Shown here piece by piece: positions 18,326 through 27,032 of a DNA stretch of 64,000 nucleotides. This DNA is from Dehalococcoidia bacterium (lineage in GTDB: Bacteria; Chloroflexota; Dehalococcoidia; Lucifugimonadales; Australimonadaceae), in contig DAOUJA010000042.1 of assembly GCA_034423175.1 (NCBI GenBank), positions 16,610 to 80,609 of the forward strand, written 5' to 3'. Position numbers and translations under genes: made by a program. Under the pieces are notes generated by a model. The model was not told the DNA's origin and made no database searches. It saw only the letters and a program-made list of their open reading frames with translations. The first letter of the stretch is position 1. Each line of letters starts with the position of its first letter.

Positions 18326-19417
18326 ATGACAATGGAGCTTTTCGGCAACGAGCACAAGGCGGATATCGACGGCATCGCGCGCGTCAAGGTCATCGGCGTC
18401 GGCGGCGGGGGGTGCAACGCCGTTAACCGGATGTACCGCGAGCGTGTCCCGCACGTCGAGTACCTCGCCGTCAACACGGACGCCCAGCACCTTCTGCGGC
18501 TCGACGTCCCGGTCAAGATTCGCATCGGCGACACGATCACGCGCGGACTCGGCGTCGGTGGCGACCCCGAGATCGGGCGCACCGCGGCCGAAGAGTCCCG
18601 CGAGGAGATCTACGAATCGGTCCGTGGCGCGGACATGCTCTTCATCGCCAGCGGCATGGGCGGCGGCACCGGCACGGGCGCGGCGCCCGTCGTTGCAGAG
18701 GTCGCGCGGGAGACCGGCGCGCTCACCATCGCCGTCGTAACCAAGCCCTTCCGCTTCGAGGGCCGCAGGCGCGGCAAGAACGCCGACGACGGACTGGCGC
18801 GTCTCCGGGAGGCCGTCGATACCCTCATCGTCGTTCCGAACGATCGCCTCGGCGCCATGTGCGACGACGACCTCTCCGCTGAAGACGCCTTCAAGCTCGC
18901 CGACGACGTGCTGCGGCTCGGCGTCAAGTCCATCGCAGAGCTCGTGACGGTCCCCGGCGAGATCAACCTGGACTTCGCCGACGTCAAGACCATCATGAGC
19001 GGCGCGGGCCCGGCATGGATGTCCATCGGTTCCGCTCATGGCGACAACCGGTCCGTCGAAGCCGCCAAGAGCGCTATCCACAGCCCCATGCTGGACGTCA
19101 ACATCGAGGGCGCGCGGGGCGTGCTCCTCAACATCACCGGCGGCCCCAACATGACCCTCAAGGAAGTGCAGCGGGCAGCCGACGTTATCGCCAACTCCGT
19201 GGACCCTGACGCCAACATCATCTTCGGCATGGTCACGGACCCCAAGATGGAGGACGAGATGTGCGTGACCATCATCGCCACCGGCCTCCCCAGCATCGAG
19301 CAGATGAGCCTCAACGACGACGGCATCGCCGAGTTCCTCCGCCGCGCCATCAGCGACGAGACCGACTTCGACCTGCCGCCGTTCCTCCGCCCCAGCAACC
19401 GTCAGGCGACGGCGTAA
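18326..19417 (+). CDS. ftsZ: cell division GTPase FtsZ
   Basis: VIGVGGGGCNAVN, NTDAQHL and the tubulin signature GMGGGTGTGAAPVVAE. Has a C-terminal conserved peptide DLPPFLR. Confidence 0.95.
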   Translation: MTMELFGNEHKADIDGIARVKVIGVGGGGCNAVNRMYRERVPHVEYLAVNTDAQHLLRLDVPVKIRIGDTITRGLGVGGDPEIGRTAAEESREEIYESVRGADMLFIASGMGGGTGTGAAPVVAEVARETGALTIAVVTKPFRFEGRRRGKNADDGLARLREAVDTLIVVPNDRLGAMCDDDLSAEDAFKLADDVLRLGVKSIAELVTVPGEINLDFADVKTIMSGAGPAWMSIGSAHGDNRSVEAAKSAIHSPMLDVNIEGARGVLLNITGGPNMTLKEVQRAADVIANSVDPDANIIFGMVTDPKMEDEMCVTIIATGLPSIEQMSLNDDGIAEFLRRAISDETDFDLPPFLRPSNRQATA

Positions 19418-19440
19418 GGGACGCATACACAACAACCGAA

Positions 19441-19544
19441 CTCCGCCGCCTGTCCCCCACGGCGGCGGAGCGCGGAGCAGGTTCCCCAGGCCCGCTCCGC
19501 AGGTTTGGCGATCAAGCCCCCCGTGAGGCTCTCCTCCGGGGGGC
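19441..19544 (+). other. three consecutive GC-rich stem-loops downstream of ftsZ
   Basis: CTCCGCCGCC/GGCGGCGGAG (19441-19470, 10 bp), GCGGAGC/GCTCCGC (19472-19500) and GCCCCCCG/CGGGGGGC (19516-19544). None is followed by a T-tract. Confidence 0.4.
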
Positions 19545-19611
19545 CTTCGCTTGGGCGCAGCGGCGGCTCATTAGCACAACATATCGCGCCGGCCTGCTCG
19601 TATTCCACTGT

Positions 19612-19667
19612 CGCTGGTAGAATCCCCGAAATTGCCTATTGACTTTCTGTGCGCGTTGCAAAACAAT
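19612..19667 (+). promoter_or_regulatory. candidate nrdR promoters (extended -10 TGgTAGAAT at 19615-19623; TTGACT-N17-AACAAT at 19639-19667)
   Basis: AT-richer stretch 130-185 nt upstream of the nrdR ATG. Sequence match only. Confidence 0.3.
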
Positions 19668-19798
19668 ACCTGCCGTCAGTCAAAAGGGCTTTATCTGGTA
19701 GCCCGCGCACCTTAAAATCCCCTATATTGTTGCCCAGGGCATGGGTGGAGTCCTCGCCACTGCGAGACTCGCACACGGTGCCGGTTGCGGAGCCCAGG

Positions 19799-20383
19799 AT
19801 GCACTGTCCTAACTGCGGAGACCTCAACACACGGGTCACTGATTCCCGGGACACCGGTCAGGACATCCGCCGGCGCAGGGAATGCGTCAGGTGTGGCGTG
19901 CGGTTCACCACGTACGAACGCATCCAGCACGCCACGTTGCAGGTCATCAAGCGCGATGGCCGGCGTGACGAGTTTGACAAGCAGAAGCTCCTCCGCAGCG
20001 TCCGCCTCGCCTGCACCAAGCGGCCTCTCCCCAGCGGTGCCCTCGAGAAGCTCGTCGATGAGATAGAGAGCGATCTTCAGGACCTCGGCAAAGCTGAGGT
20101 CCCCGCCTCGGTTATAGGCGACCGGACACTCGAGAAGCTGCGCCTGATCGACCCCGTGGCCTACATCCGCTATGCCAGCGTCTACCGCGACTACAACTCG
20201 CTGGACGGCTTCGTCGAAGAGATTCGCCAGTTGCAGGTCGCCGATGCATCCTCCGGCGACGCGGGCGTGAGCCAACTCTCCCTCATCCCCAACGAGTTCG
20301 CTGTGCCCGTCAAGCGCACCGGACGCCGGGGCCGCAGGCCGAGCATGACACAACCGCTCGACGGCAGCCCTGCATCCAACTGA
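19799..20383 (+). CDS. nrdR: transcriptional repressor NrdR with C-terminal extension
   Basis: MHCPNCG...CVRCGVRFTTYE zinc ribbon followed by an ATP-cone (VIKRDGRRDEFDKQKLLRSV...YIRYASVYRDY). About 45 extra C-terminal residues include KRTGRRGRRP. Confidence 0.9.
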   Translation: MHCPNCGDLNTRVTDSRDTGQDIRRRRECVRCGVRFTTYERIQHATLQVIKRDGRRDEFDKQKLLRSVRLACTKRPLPSGALEKLVDEIESDLQDLGKAEVPASVIGDRTLEKLRLIDPVAYIRYASVYRDYNSLDGFVEEIRQLQVADASSGDAGVSQLSLIPNEFAVPVKRTGRRGRRPSMTQPLDGSPASN

Positions 20384-20611
20384 ACCGCCCTCCCCTTGAA
20401 CGGCATATCCACGCTTTTGTGCTCCGGCCTTCGGGCCGGGGTGACCGGAAGTGCGCTCTCCCCTGCGCTCTTCCACGTCTCCCTCCTCCGCAGGCCCCTC
20501 TCGACGCGCCACGGGAGTGGGCCATCGGGCCCCGTTGGGTAGAACCCGCGGGGCCCGCCCTGTTTAAGCCGCTATAATCCATGCCGTACCTCCCGCAGAC
20601 GGACACACAGC

Positions 20612-21631
20612 ATGAACGCACGCCCTCGAATCGCGATAACCCTCGGCGACCCCACCGGCATCGGCCCGGAGGTCGTCGCCAAAGCGCTCTCCCAACCCGG
20701 CATGGACGAGGACGCCGCCCTGTTCGTGGTCGGCTCGCCCGACGTGCTGGACCGGGCGCTCGACCTCGTCGGCAGCAGCCTGCGCGCCCGGAGTGTCGAC
20801 GACACAGAGGACGCCCCGGCGCCGGGACTCGTGAACGTCATATCCCCGCACGACGACGACGGACTGCCAACCCTGCCCTACGGCCGGACCTCCCCCCGCG
20901 CTGGAGCTGCGGCGGTCGAGTGGGCCTCTACCGCCGCCCGCCTTGCGATGGAAGGCGCGGTGGACGCCATCGCCACGGCCCCCATCAGCAAGGAGGCTGC
21001 CCGGCTCGCCGGCCATGAGGACTTCGGTCACCAGGAGATCTACCAGCACCTCGCCGGGGTGCCCCGGGTCCTCACCATGCTCCTGACGAACGGCCTCAAC
21101 GTCGTGCATCTCACCACGCACCACCCGGTCCGCAACGCCGCGCTCTTCGTGACCCGCGACCGTGTGCTCGAAGCCCTGCGCCTCACGCACGGATTCTTCA
21201 CCGCGCATGGCGTCCCGGACCCGCGCATCGGCGTCGCCGCGCTGAACCCCCATGGCGGTGAAGCAGGGCTCATCGGCACGGAGGAGATCGAGGAGATACG
21301 CCCCGCCGTCGAGGACGCCAACGCTGAAGGCATCGGCGCGGCAGGCCCCATCCCGGCCGACTCCATCTTCGGCCAGGCCATCGAGGGCAGGTTCGATGCC
21401 GTCCTCGCCATGTACCACGACCAGGGGCACATTGCCGTCAAGGTGCACGGCTGGGCAGCGAGCATCACCCTCAACATCGGCCTGCCGTTCCTGCGAACCT
21501 CCGTCGACCACGGCACCGCGTTCGACATCGCCGGCAAGGGCATAGCGGACGCAACGGGCATGATTGAGGCCATCCGCTACGCCGCGGAGGTCTCCCGTAC
21601 CGGACGCCTCCCTTCCCCTCGCAACGCGTGA
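20612..21631 (+). CDS. pdxA: 4-hydroxythreonine-4-phosphate dehydrogenase family protein (PdxA)
   Basis: ITLGDPTGIGPE, NPHGGEAGLIGTEE, AMYHDQGHIAVK and VDHGTAFDIAGKG motifs. Confidence 0.85.
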   Translation: MNARPRIAITLGDPTGIGPEVVAKALSQPGMDEDAALFVVGSPDVLDRALDLVGSSLRARSVDDTEDAPAPGLVNVISPHDDDGLPTLPYGRTSPRAGAAAVEWASTAARLAMEGAVDAIATAPISKEAARLAGHEDFGHQEIYQHLAGVPRVLTMLLTNGLNVVHLTTHHPVRNAALFVTRDRVLEALRLTHGFFTAHGVPDPRIGVAALNPHGGEAGLIGTEEIEEIRPAVEDANAEGIGAAGPIPADSIFGQAIEGRFDAVLAMYHDQGHIAVKVHGWAASITLNIGLPFLRTSVDHGTAFDIAGKGIADATGMIEAIRYAAEVSRTGRLPSPRNA

Positions 21632-21839
21632 CGCACCCGTCGTTCCTGCGGAGGCAGGGACCTCGCCTCTTGCCCCTCCGTAGGGGCGTCTCTGTGAGGC
21701 GCCCTGTCTGGTCCCCTCGCCCTGCAATGGGAGAGGGCGAGGGAGAGGGTGCTCCGGGGTGGCGCTCTCCGGTGCTATACTCTCCGCACGCGCCGGCACG
21801 AATACCGCTGGCGCTTCGTTGTACGGAGGGAAAGGCCTC

Positions 21840-22646
21840 ATGCGAGTCGGGTTCGCGGGCGGCGGCGTCATGGCCGAGGCGATGTTCAGCAGAGCGATCG
21901 CCTCGGGGCTCTGTGCCGTGAACGACGTCAGCGTCGGCGAGCCGGTACTCGCCCGCCGTGACGACCTCGCGGAGCGCTATGGCATCGCCGTCCACCCGGA
22001 CAACGCACCTGCGGTCAGGGGTGCTGAGGTCGTCGTCATCGCGGTCAAGCCCCAGCACGTCGGCCACGTCTACCACGACCTCCACGGCGAGCTCGACGCG
22101 GACCAGACCGTGCTCTCCATCGCCGCGGGAGTGACCATAGGGTCGCTCTCTGAGGGACTGGGGCACGAGCGCATCGTCCGCGTGATGCCCAACACACCCG
22201 CCCAGATCGGCGCGGGCATCTCCGTCTGGACGGCGACCCCCGCGGTGCCGGATGACGCGCGGGACGCTGCCGCATCGCTCCTCGCAACGCTTGGGCGTGA
22301 GTGGCGCGTCGACAGCGAGGACTACCTGGACATGGCGACCGCCGTCTCCGGCAGCGGCCCCGCCTACGTCTTCGCGTTCATCGAGGCGCTCACTGAGGCC
22401 GGCGTGTTCGTCGGCATGCCGCGCGACATGGCCCAGGCCCTTGCCATAGAGACTGCGCTCGGCTCGGCCCGGCTCGCCAGCGAGTCCGGTGAATCGCCGG
22501 CCATCCTCCGGGAACGCGTCACGTCGCCCGGCGGCACGACGGCGGCGGCGCTGCGCGAGATGGAGAGCAAGGGCTTCAAGAGCGCTCTCATTGAGGGCGT
22601 CTCCGCTGCCTTCCGCCGTTCGCAGGAGCTCGGAGGAAAGCGGTGA
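21840..22646 (+). CDS. proC: pyrroline-5-carboxylate reductase
   Basis: Trimmed to the ATG at 21840 after GGAGGGAAAGG. GFAGGGVMAEA Rossmann motif and SPGGTTAAAL signature. Confidence 0.85.
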   Translation: MRVGFAGGGVMAEAMFSRAIASGLCAVNDVSVGEPVLARRDDLAERYGIAVHPDNAPAVRGAEVVVIAVKPQHVGHVYHDLHGELDADQTVLSIAAGVTIGSLSEGLGHERIVRVMPNTPAQIGAGISVWTATPAVPDDARDAAASLLATLGREWRVDSEDYLDMATAVSGSGPAYVFAFIEALTEAGVFVGMPRDMAQALAIETALGSARLASESGESPAILRERVTSPGGTTAAALREMESKGFKSALIEGVSAAFRRSQELGGKR

Positions 22647-22900
22647 AATCCCTCTCCCTCTTCATCGTGCAGATCCTCCTGCTGACGATCCTCGCCCATG
22701 CGCTCCTCTCCTGGCTGGTGATCGCGGGCATTCGGAACGAGACCATTCTGCGCCTGTACCAGAGCATCGGCATGATGCTCGATCCGCTCTACCGCCCTCT
22801 GCGGCGGGTCATCCCCGCTGTCGGGATGCTCGACCTCACCCCCCTCGCGGCCATCATCCTGCTCGTCGTTCTCCGCGAACTCATCATCAGCCTCGGCTGA
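22643..22900 (+). CDS. yggT: YggT family membrane protein
   Basis: 85 aa, two TM segments, YggT-like LSWLV...DPLYRPLRRVIP block. GTG start overlaps the proC stop (GTGA). Confidence 0.75.
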   Translation: MKSLSLFIVQILLLTILAHALLSWLVIAGIRNETILRLYQSIGMMLDPLYRPLRRVIPAVGMLDLTPLAAIILLVVLRELIISLG

Positions 22901-22919
22901 ACGTCCGGTCCGTCCGCTC

Positions 22920-23774
22920 ATGCCCACAGCCGTCGTCTCCGATTCCAACGTATCCCTGCCTGCGGACATCACGCGCGGGCTGCCCCTCTTCTTCGCACCG
23001 CTGGAGGTCCGCATCGGTGGGCGCGTCTATGCGGACGGCGTGGACATCGCCCCCGCGGCCTTCTACGAGATTCTGAGGTCGAGCGCCGAACTCCCGACCA
23101 CTGCCGCTCCCTCGCCTGGTGCGTTCCTGGACGCGATCCACCAGGCGGGCGAAGCCGCCGACGAGGTCGTCTGCATAACGCTCTCCGCCGACTTGAGCGC
23201 CGCGCACAGCGCCGCGGCGGAGGCTGTCCGGCTGGCGGAAAAGCAGCTCCCCCACCTGCGCGTCTCGCTCGTGGACTCCCGGAGCGCGGGGGCGGCGCAG
23301 GGCCTCATCGCGCTCGATGCAGCCCGGCTCGCAGCCTCCGGCGCATCGACGAGCGACGTGCTCGCCCGCATGGAGCAGCGTATCGGCGACACCCACTTCA
23401 TCGGCTACCTGGACACGCTCTACTATCTCTGGAGGGGCGGGCGCGTCCCACGCCTCTTCATGTGGATGGGGAGCATCCTCAAGATGAAGCCCATCCTCCA
23501 GCTCTCCGCCGGGCGCATCGGCATGGTGGAGCGGCCCCGTACGGAAGCCCGGGCGCTGGCGCGTCTCACCGCCATCGCCGCCGAGCGCACCGCCGGACGC
23601 CCCACCCGCGCCGCCGTCATGCACGCCTCCGAACCGGGGAAGGCGGAGATGCTCGCGGAGCGGCTCCACTCCCGCCTGCGCATCGAGGAGCTCTTCATCA
23701 CGGAGTTCACGCCTGCCATCGGCGCGCACACCGGCCCCGGCCTCGTCGGCTGCGCCTTCCACCCCGTCGATTGA
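22920..23774 (+). CDS. DegV family fatty-acid-binding protein
   Basis: AVVSDSNVSLP start, TTAAPSPGAF, and a C-terminal GAHTGPGLVG block characteristic of DegV/EDD-fold proteins. Confidence 0.85.
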   Translation: MPTAVVSDSNVSLPADITRGLPLFFAPLEVRIGGRVYADGVDIAPAAFYEILRSSAELPTTAAPSPGAFLDAIHQAGEAADEVVCITLSADLSAAHSAAAEAVRLAEKQLPHLRVSLVDSRSAGAAQGLIALDAARLAASGASTSDVLARMEQRIGDTHFIGYLDTLYYLWRGGRVPRLFMWMGSILKMKPILQLSAGRIGMVERPRTEARALARLTAIAAERTAGRPTRAAVMHASEPGKAEMLAERLHSRLRIEELFITEFTPAIGAHTGPGLVGCAFHPVD

Positions 23775-24036
23775 GCGTTCGAAGTAGCGCCCGTCGTTCT
23801 CAAGAGAACGGCGTTACGCTGCCACGCTACCGTCATCCCGGCACCGGCTGGGATCCAGGGTGCGCGGGCAGCGCACGCGGTGGGGTGGCGGGGGAGGGGG
23901 AGCGTCATGCTGGGCAGAGAGCAGCCGACTGGCGTACAAGGGTGCCTTATCGGGAGGGGAACCGCACCTCAGCGCGGTGAAGGTCCCCTCCCCTGTGATA
24001 CGCTAACCCCACTCCCGGCAAGTGAGGCAGCGAGAC

Positions 24037-25566
24037 ATGACCACTGTGCGAGTTGCGGAAGGCTCCATCACGCAGTACGAGGCGGACGCCATCGTCGTCA
24101 ACCTGTTCGAGGGGGTGACGTCGCCCGGCGGCGGCACCGGCGCCGTGGACCAGGCGCTGGACGGCGCAATCTCCGCGCTCATCGCTGACAAGGAGATCAG
24201 CGGCAGGCAGGGCGAGGCCGTCACCATCCACACGTTCGGCAAACTGCCCGCCAAGCGCGTCGTCGTGGCCGGCCTCGGCAAGCGCGAGAAGTTCGACACG
24301 GACGTCGTGCGCGCCGTCTCCGGCGGCGTTGCGCGGCGGCTGCGCCAGATGAACGTAAAACGGGCTGCCACCATCGCTCACGGCGCGGGGATCGGCGGGC
24401 TGGACGCGGGCGATTCCGCGCAGGCGACGGCGGAGGGCGCCCTCCTCGGCCTCTACGAGTTCAAGCGCTACCGCTCGAAGTCCAACGGCAGCGGCGGCGA
24501 CGACGGCAAGTCGCTCGACGAGTTAGTCATCGTGGAGCGGGACGCGGGACGCGTGCAGGCGCTCGCCGCCGGCGCCGCGAAGGGCACGCTCCTCGCCGAG
24601 TGCGCCATCATCGCGCGCGACCTCGTCAACGAGCCCGCGAACGTCGTCAACCCCGCGCGCATGGCCGAGGTCGCGACCGAAGTGGCCAACGACGCCGGGC
24701 TGCCCATCACCGTGCTGGGACGGGAGGACATGATCGAGCGCGGGATGGGTGCGATGCTCGCCGTAACCCAGGGCAGCGCCAACGAGCCGCGACTCATCAT
24801 CATGGAGTACGCAGGCGACCCGGAGGACCCGGACAACAACGTCGCCATCGTCGGTAAGGGCATAACGTTCGACTCCGGCGGCATCTCCATCAAGCCCGCG
24901 GCCAGCATGTGGGAGATGAAGGGCGACATGAGCGGCGGCGCGTCCGTCATCGGCGCCATGAAGGGCATCGCCGCGCTCAAACCGAAGATCAACGTCTTCG
25001 GCGTCGTCCCAGCCGTCGAGAACATGCCGTCCGGCACCGCCCAGCGCCCCGGCGACATCATCCGCGCGATGAACGGCAAGACGATCGAGGTCGACAACAC
25101 GGACGCTGAGGGACGGCTCATCCTCGCCGACGCCATCTGCTACATCAAGGAGGTCAGGAAGGCGCGCCGCGTCGTGGACATCGCCACGCTCACCGGTGCC
25201 GTCGTCGTCGCGCTGGGGCACGTCGCAAGCGGCGTCATGGGCACCTCGCAGGAGCTCGTGGACTCCGTGCTCGCCGCGTCGAAGTCCACGGGCGAAAAGA
25301 TGTGGCAGCTCCCGCTGTTCGAGGAGTACAAGCGCCAGAACCGCTCGGACTACGCGGACGTGAAGAATACCGGCGGACGTCCGGCGGGCAGCATCACCGC
25401 GGCGCTCTTCATCGGCGAGTTCACGGAAGACGTGGAGTGGGCGCACCTGGACATCGCCGGGACGTTCATGTCGGAGCGCGCAAGCGGCCACGTCGTCAAG
25501 GGCGCGACCGGCGTCCCGACCCGCACCCTCGTGCGCCTCGTCGAGGACCTGGCAGAGGCCTCGTAG
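24037..25566 (+). CDS. pepA: leucyl aminopeptidase (M17)
   Basis: VGKGITFDSGGISIKP and NTDAEGRLILADA signature. About 509 aa. Confidence 0.9.
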   Translation: MTTVRVAEGSITQYEADAIVVNLFEGVTSPGGGTGAVDQALDGAISALIADKEISGRQGEAVTIHTFGKLPAKRVVVAGLGKREKFDTDVVRAVSGGVARRLRQMNVKRAATIAHGAGIGGLDAGDSAQATAEGALLGLYEFKRYRSKSNGSGGDDGKSLDELVIVERDAGRVQALAAGAAKGTLLAECAIIARDLVNEPANVVNPARMAEVATEVANDAGLPITVLGREDMIERGMGAMLAVTQGSANEPRLIIMEYAGDPEDPDNNVAIVGKGITFDSGGISIKPAASMWEMKGDMSGGASVIGAMKGIAALKPKINVFGVVPAVENMPSGTAQRPGDIIRAMNGKTIEVDNTDAEGRLILADAICYIKEVRKARRVVDIATLTGAVVVALGHVASGVMGTSQELVDSVLAASKSTGEKMWQLPLFEEYKRQNRSDYADVKNTGGRPAGSITAALFIGEFTEDVEWAHLDIAGTFMSERASGHVVKGATGVPTRTLVRLVEDLAEAS

Positions 25567-25575
25567 CCGGGCAGC

Positions 25576-26364
25576 CTACGTAACCGCGATCCCCGGCGAC
25601 CCCCGCCGCCCTCGCGGACGCGGCTTCCCCTCCACGGGACGAAGCTGGCTCACGCGCAGGATCTGTAGCGGCTCGTCGCTGGTGCACTCGAACCCGTAGC
25701 GGGTGTAGCGCGGCGTGTAGATGCCCTCCGCCTGGCTGAGGTCCCCGAAGTGCGTGTCCCCTTCGCCGAAGTAGCGCGCCTTCCCGGCGAGCACCATCCA
25801 GTAGCCGTCCTGGTCGTTGTGGTAGTGGAGCGCGTTGCCCTGCCCCTTCTGCATGATCTGAACGGTGCTGACCATGCTGTCGTTGTAGAGCAGGTCGTAC
25901 GAGCGGCCCTTGTCGGGACCTCTGTCCCGCGCGCCGGGGTCTTCGGCGCCAGGGTAGCTGAATCGCTTCACCTCGTTCCCTGTATCTTTTTCTCTCGCCT
26001 GGGACTTCCCTTCCACCGGGCGCAGCTGGCTGATGCGGAGTATCTGCAGCGGCTCGTCCTCGACGCTCTCGAACGAGTAGCGGGTGTAGCGGGGCATGAA
26101 GATGCCCTCCATCGGGCCGAGGTCGCCATAGTGCGTTTCGCCCTCGCCGGTGAAGCGCGCCTTCCCCGCGAGCACCATCCAGTAGCCGTCCTGGTCGTTA
26201 TGGTGATGGAGGCCCGTGGTCTGCCCCTTCTCCATGACCTGGATGGTGCTGATGACGAGGTGATTGGAGATGAGGTCGTAGGACCGGCCTCGCGTGGGGC
26301 CGCGGTCGCGCGCACCGGGGTCCGCAGGGCCGGGATACCTGAACCGCCTGACTTCTTCTTCCAT
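25576..26364 (-). CDS. tandem-duplicated cupin protein (two near-identical monocupin halves)
   Basis: Trimmed to the ATG at 26364 after GAGGAGG. The two halves each carry HHHNDQDGYWMVLAGKAR / HYHNDQDGYWMVLAGKAR. They match at about 83 of 118 positions by manual alignment. Confidence 0.7.
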   Translation of the reverse strand: MEEEVRRFRYPGPADPGARDRGPTRGRSYDLISNHLVISTIQVMEKGQTTGLHHHNDQDGYWMVLAGKARFTGEGETHYGDLGPMEGIFMPRYTRYSFESVEDEPLQILRISQLRPVEGKSQAREKDTGNEVKRFSYPGAEDPGARDRGPDKGRSYDLLYNDSMVSTVQIMQKGQGNALHYHNDQDGYWMVLAGKARYFGEGDTHFGDLSQAEGIYTPRYTRYGFECTSDEPLQILRVSQLRPVEGKPRPRGRRGSPGIAVT

Positions 26365-26525
26365 GGCCTGACCTCCTCGCGCGTGCTGCTCTGTTGGGTA
26401 CACCAGGACTATACCCCTCTGCCGGGCGCGCCGCACACGCGCGGCGAGGCTGCGGGAGAAGACGGCAACACCGGTCCGCAGAGGGAGCGGAAGGGGAACT
26501 CACGCGCACGGCGGGAAGCCTCCTG

Positions 26526-26753
26526 CTACTCGGGCGGGTCGGTGTCGAAGGAAGGCGGCAGCGACCGCACGCGCTGCAGGGTCAGTCTCCGGTAGTAGGC
26601 GAGGACAGAGAACGAGAGCCAGATAGCGGCGAACGCCGTCACCCCCACGACGCGCAGGTCCTGCACGCCGTTGTACGTGAGCAGCACGCCCGGAACGAGT
26701 ATCACCAAGGAGAAAACCGTCAACCAACGGCCCATCCCTGCCGCCTTCACCAT
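26526..26753 (-). CDS. small hypothetical membrane protein (75 aa, 2 TM)
   Basis: ORF with two hydrophobic spans (WLTVFSLVILVPGVLL; VTAFAAIWLSFSVLAYY), upstream and co-directional with the cupin gene. No homology recognised. Confidence 0.4.
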   Translation of the reverse strand: MVKAAGMGRWLTVFSLVILVPGVLLTYNGVQDLRVVGVTAFAAIWLSFSVLAYYRRLTLQRVRSLPPSFDTDPPE

Positions 26754-26916
26754 ACCCTCTTCTCCCTCTCCGTATGGACCGCGAGGCCCCGCGCCACGGG
26801 GAGAAGAAGCGTACCCGGAATGGAGGGGTGTCGTGAACGGGACAACGTTGCGGAATGACGTCGCTTTGGCTCCGGGGTCACGGCTCTACGCCCCTCTGCT
26901 ACAATGAGGCTTCCGT

Positions 26917-26993
26917 GGTGGGCGTGGTCGAGGGGTTAAGACGCCAGGTTGTGGCCCTGGAGATCGAGGGTTCGATTCCCTCCGCTCACCCCA
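26917..26993 (+). tRNA. tRNA-His (anticodon GTG) with encoded G-1
   Basis: GGTGGGCGTGGTCGAGGGGTTAAGACGCCAGGTTGTGGCCCTGGAGATCGAGGGTTCGATTCCCTCCGCTCACCCCA. It has an 8-bp acceptor including G-1:C73, anticodon loop TTGTGGC, T-loop TTCGATT and an encoded CCA. Confidence 0.9.
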
Positions 26994-27032
26994 GTTCCCC
27001 ATCGGTCCGATACTTCAGGCAACCGCACCCGA

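Noticed and set aside
19700-19798. Possible NrdR box (palindrome around CCCTATATTGTTG) upstream of nrdR.
   Set aside because: Only the left half resembles the 16-bp acaCwAtATaTwGtgt consensus, the right half does not, and there is no tandem second box.
20573-20578. Perfect TATAAT hexamer 34 nt upstream of pdxA as a promoter.
   Set aside because: There is no plausible -35 or TG extension at the correct spacing. Kept only as a note and not called as a feature.
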